Shown here piece after piece: positions 33,293 to 36,360 of a DNA stretch of 36,360 nt (position 1 is its first letter; every line of letters starts with the position of its first letter). The notes under the pieces were generated by a model. The model was given only the letters and a program-made list of their open reading frames with translations, was not told where the DNA came from and did not search any database. Made by a program: the position numbers and the translations under genes. Source of the stretch: Opitutales bacterium (GTDB lineage Bacteria > Verrucomicrobiota > Verrucomicrobiia > Opitutales > JABSRG01); assembly GCA_049599475.1 (NCBI GenBank), contig JBMYOQ010000041.1, forward strand, positions 1-36,360. Reading direction: 5' to 3'.

Positions 33293-34621
33293 GTGATTAC
33301 CGCAAGTAAGATAAAAGGGGGCGATGGATACATGAAGCGCCACCTCAGTGCCAACGACTACTACTGTGAAGAGGAAACAGTCGTCGGTTATTGGCGTGGC
33401 AAAGGAGCTGAGATGCTGGGCATCGAAGGCCAAGAGGTAACGGCTGATGCATTTGAGTCCTTGAGGACGAATAAGCACCCGTTGAGTGATGAAAAACTCA
33501 GGCCACGCAACTCAGATGTGGCTTACCACGATATTGTCATCTCTTGCCCGAAGACAATCAGCATCGCCGCTCTCGTCGGTGGTGATGAGCGTTTAATAAA
33601 CGCCTTCGAGAGAGTGGTTGATGAAGTCTTTAATGAGCTCGAAGCCTATGCCTCTAGGCGGGATCGAAAAGGCGGTAACTATCGCACCGAGAATACTGTA
33701 AAAACGGGCAATGCTGTGGCTGCTGTCTATCACCACGATACGAGCCGATTATTAGATCCCCAACTCCATGCTCACTGTGTCTTTTCAAATCACACATGGT
33801 GCCCTGAGGATCAGCGATGGTATGCCTTGCAGCCGCGAGAGATGATGGAGAAGAGCAAGGAATTTATCCGAGATCGATTTTATAAACGCATGGCTCAGGA
33901 ATGCGAACGTCTTGGTTATGATGTTCACTGGAAGAAAGACGCGCAGACGGGTCTATCCGTCCCAAGACTCACCAAGATTTCGACAGAAATGGAGCTTCAG
34001 TTTTCTCGACGAGCGCGGCAGAAGGTGGAGTTTATTTCTCGTTACGAAACCCTTTTCGGTAAGAAGCCGGACGAGCGCCGAATCGAGCATTTTATCAAGG
34101 AAACCAAAGGTGCAGCCACCAAACGATTTATTGGTGAATATGAAAATGCCTTTGGCCATACACCCGGCGATGACGTCGTGAAGTCGTTTGTTCGCGACTG
34201 GCGATCGTCGAAAATGGCCCACAGCTCTCAAGAGCAAGTCTTTGCAGGGCAGCAGGCCTTGCTAACCCGTGAGCAGCGTCAAAGTCTGCGTAAAACAGTG
34301 CAACAGGCGATCCTTACGGAACAGGGAATGACGGCCGAGTCTTTGAATACTGCCGGAGAACCTGAAAAAGAAAAACTTCAAGAAAACATCCACATCGAAG
34401 GATTGGAAAACCATGTTATTGGTAGCCAAGGGCATTCCACCCGCGATACTCGTGTTAAACCGCGCGAGGCAATCAAGGAACGAGCACAACGACCGGAACG
34501 ATCTCGCTTCGAAGCTATGCGTAAGCTGCGTCGTGGTCAGGCCGTGCTTAAAGCGCTCAATGGCAATCCCACGGCTTTGATCGCTTACGAGTTGCGCCGC
34601 TCTGCTGGGAGGCGGCGCTAA
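33293..34621 (+). CDS. MOBF (TrwC/TraI-type) relaxase, relaxase domain only
   Basis: GY...NDYY catalytic tyrosines, YWRGKGAEMLG, DIVISCPKTISI, HDTSRLLDPQLHAH (HUH), FSRR; no helicase motifs in 442 aa. Confidence 0.9.
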   Translation: MITASKIKGGDGYMKRHLSANDYYCEEETVVGYWRGKGAEMLGIEGQEVTADAFESLRTNKHPLSDEKLRPRNSDVAYHDIVISCPKTISIAALVGGDERLINAFERVVDEVFNELEAYASRRDRKGGNYRTENTVKTGNAVAAVYHHDTSRLLDPQLHAHCVFSNHTWCPEDQRWYALQPREMMEKSKEFIRDRFYKRMAQECERLGYDVHWKKDAQTGLSVPRLTKISTEMELQFSRRARQKVEFISRYETLFGKKPDERRIEHFIKETKGAATKRFIGEYENAFGHTPGDDVVKSFVRDWRSSKMAHSSQEQVFAGQQALLTREQRQSLRKTVQQAILTEQGMTAESLNTAGEPEKEKLQENIHIEGLENHVIGSQGHSTRDTRVKPREAIKERAQRPERSRFEAMRKLRRGQAVLKALNGNPTALIAYELRRSAGRRR

Positions 34622-34932
34622 TGGTCGCGGAATTAAATTTTGAAGAGGATGAAGCCTATGAGCTTTATGCCGGATGTCCTACGTTGAGCTTTCGAATTGA
34701 AGACCGGGAGGAATCCGTGCCGTATTCCAGTTTTAACAAGGGCCTCTACGAACTCGGCGAAATCCGGCTTAAATTCGACAAGGGGTCCTTGGTCATCCGT
34801 GGCAAAAACCTACGGGATCTTTGGCGGCATCTTCAATTGCAAGATGTGCGCTTCGTGAAATGCAATGATGCTGACCCTTCGCAGGATGTTCTCATCTCCA
34901 GTATCGCATGGTTCTCAGCAAAGGCCTCTTAA
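34621..34932 (+). CDS. Hypothetical protein translationally coupled to the MOBF relaxase
   Basis: TAATG overlap with the relaxase stop; 103 aa, globular alpha/beta-like composition. Confidence 0.6.
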   Translation: MVAELNFEEDEAYELYAGCPTLSFRIEDREESVPYSSFNKGLYELGEIRLKFDKGSLVIRGKNLRDLWRHLQLQDVRFVKCNDADPSQDVLISSIAWFSAKAS

Positions 34933-36005
34933 GGTTCGCTTCTTTTCTCATGTTCAGTCGAAGCGGTGGCGGATAAACCATGATTCTCTAATCTCTGAAG
35001 TTCATCGTCTATATGACGGTTCATTGCGGATAGTTCCTGTCTTAACGACTCAAGTTTTCGGATTCGGAATGACTGAATACCCGTTAAGCGCTGAAGGATG
35101 CCGGCTTGAGCAATTTTGAATTCTATCTTTAGAATTTTACTCAAGATACTGCTCATTCCCAAGGCATCCTCCATCTCTTTGCGTTTATTCAGAATAAACT
35201 GTGCGCGTTCTTTTTGAGTATCTTTGGGTGTATCGTTTAAGGCTTGAATATCGGATAGATTGCCGAGCCTTTCCTTAAATTCTTTGGTAGTGATCCCTAG
35301 AGCGCGGACTGGGTTGATGACATTTCCGTGCGGGTCGACAACGACCAATCGCCGGCCTTTTGCGAGCGCGTAGTCTGCTTTCTGTAGGTGGTTTTGAAAT
35401 TCAAAAGCATTGGTTGAGTTTTCCCATGCTTCGCGAATCACCCGATCGCAGAACTTCGACTTGAGGCCGCTCTTACGTTTCTGGGCATTGAGTTCTCTTT
35501 GTGGACAGTACATATGTCCCTCCTTTCGTTCATATTCTAGGGCGTATTTCGATAGTTTGCGTTTGGTGTAGTCTAGCTTGGCAACGAGGCCCGTTTGCGG
35601 GCTGACTGCGTTTGTCACAACATGCACGTGGGGGTGCTCAGTGTCCGCGTGCGCAGCGATGATGCTTTGGTGGTCCGCGAGCCCTAAAACGGCTAGAGTC
35701 TCGCGCACCGCCTTCATCATCTTCTTGCGCGTTGGGTTTTCGCTCGGATGCCATGATATGCTGTAGGTGTAGACAGGTTTCTGGAGCTTTGCACCGGTTG
35801 GCTTTTGTCCAGTGCCGCGCTTGATTGCCTCATTATTCATAGCGACATAAGCCATGCGTCTCCATCCTATGCTGGGATCGTCGGTCATCAGGTTTAAACA
35901 TTCTGACCACGCGACGCGGTTTTCGCCTGCAGGGTCCTTCTTTAGAAACATATATTTGAAAATACCGGCAAATGATCGACCGCGTTTTGCAATGGATATA
36001 ATCAA
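34929..36005 (-). CDS. MOBP-family relaxase (VirD2/MobA-like)
   Basis: GRSFAGIFKY (catalytic Tyr), PVYTYSISWHPSE (motif II), AAHADTEHPHVHVVTNAVSP (HUH motif III). Confidence 0.9.
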   Translation of the reverse strand: MIISIAKRGRSFAGIFKYMFLKKDPAGENRVAWSECLNLMTDDPSIGWRRMAYVAMNNEAIKRGTGQKPTGAKLQKPVYTYSISWHPSENPTRKKMMKAVRETLAVLGLADHQSIIAAHADTEHPHVHVVTNAVSPQTGLVAKLDYTKRKLSKYALEYERKEGHMYCPQRELNAQKRKSGLKSKFCDRVIREAWENSTNAFEFQNHLQKADYALAKGRRLVVVDPHGNVINPVRALGITTKEFKERLGNLSDIQALNDTPKDTQKERAQFILNKRKEMEDALGMSSILSKILKIEFKIAQAGILQRLTGIQSFRIRKLESLRQELSAMNRHIDDELQRLENHGLSATASTEHEKRSEP

Positions 36006-36343
36006 GGTTCTTCTCCTACAGCTTGATCGATAAGCTTCTCAATTTTTGCGCACAGCGGGTCGAGGTAGGGTGATACACGGCCTGTAATATGGAAGCGTTT
36101 GGTCATTTGGTTTAGGTTATTGCCGATCGCTATGAGTTGGGAAATGAGGGCAGGGTCGGTCTTGTGGGTTGTTTTGAGTGTCATTTGAAGCCTTTCGCTC
36201 AGTGCTTTGAGACGTGCGAGCTCGTTTACGCGGATGTCTAAGCTAGCAGCTTGAAAGGACATGCGTGTGTAGTCAGCTTCGTTGACCCGGAAGCTGACTG
36301 AACGGGATAGGCGTTTGGGGGATTTTTTACGTTTATAATTCAT
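36002..36343 (-). CDS. mobC: MobC relaxosome accessory protein (RHH)
   Basis: SVSFRVNEADY RHH start and QLIAIGNNLNQMTKRFH MobC signature; ATGA overlap with the MOBP relaxase. Confidence 0.9.
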   Translation of the reverse strand: MNYKRKKSPKRLSRSVSFRVNEADYTRMSFQAASLDIRVNELARLKALSERLQMTLKTTHKTDPALISQLIAIGNNLNQMTKRFHITGRVSPYLDPLCAKIEKLIDQAVGEEP

Positions 36344-36360
36344 GCTAACATTTCTTCTTA

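Larger units (their letters stand above)
12660..36360. mobile_element. Putative integrative conjugative element inserted at the tmRNA 3' end (right boundary outside window)
   Basis: Tyrosine integrase immediately after the tmRNA, followed by excisionase-like gene, VirB4-containing operon, VirD4, two relaxases, candidate oriT and antirestriction gene. No second copy of the tmRNA 3' end (attR) was seen in the window; the left boundary is approximate. Confidence 0.88.

Noticed and set aside
4308..35766. The many 60-160 aa ORFs nested in or antisense to the called genes
   Set aside because: They overlap well-supported CDSs and show no motifs or independent translation signals.
12775..36360. Prophage interpretation of the island
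   Set aside because: No terminase, capsid, tail or lysis genes recognised; the content is conjugative.

Overview
The left third (1 to ~12,690) is host chromosome, probably Verrucomicrobiota, inferred from protein style. It holds an HI0933/YhiN flavoprotein, tex, a ~2,600-aa secreted multidomain di-heme protein and a complete tmRNA (ssrA, 12335-12688, tag (A)GEQEYAMAA). From the tmRNA 3' end to the window edge lies what looks like an integrative conjugative element (ICE) whose right end is outside the window. It begins with a tyrosine integrase, an excisionase-like HTH protein and an AT-rich NACHT/STAND NTPase gene. Divergent from that gene is an ECF-sigma-like gene with a tandemly duplicated region-2-like domain, which heads a compact, divergent type IV secretion operon (VirB2-, VirB3/4-, VirB7-, VirB5-, VirB6-, VirB8-, VirB9- and VirB10-like, with no VirB11 or VirB1 seen). 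A convergent operon encodes StbA/TraK-, StbB/TraL- and StbC/TraM-like proteins plus a VirD4 coupling protein, preceded by seven 11-bp-phased CTTGG repeats and a candidate MOBF oriT (hairpin + TATTGTGT). Next come a Fic protein, an orphan FitA-like RHH protein, a Rep C-terminal-like ORF, ArdB/KlcA behind two long stem-loops, a helicase-less MOBF relaxase and a second, MOBP relaxase with MobC. The best candidate for an undescribed system is the divergent NACHT / duplicated-sigma pair placed directly in front of the conjugation operon. All family calls come from reading motifs by eye; no database search was run.
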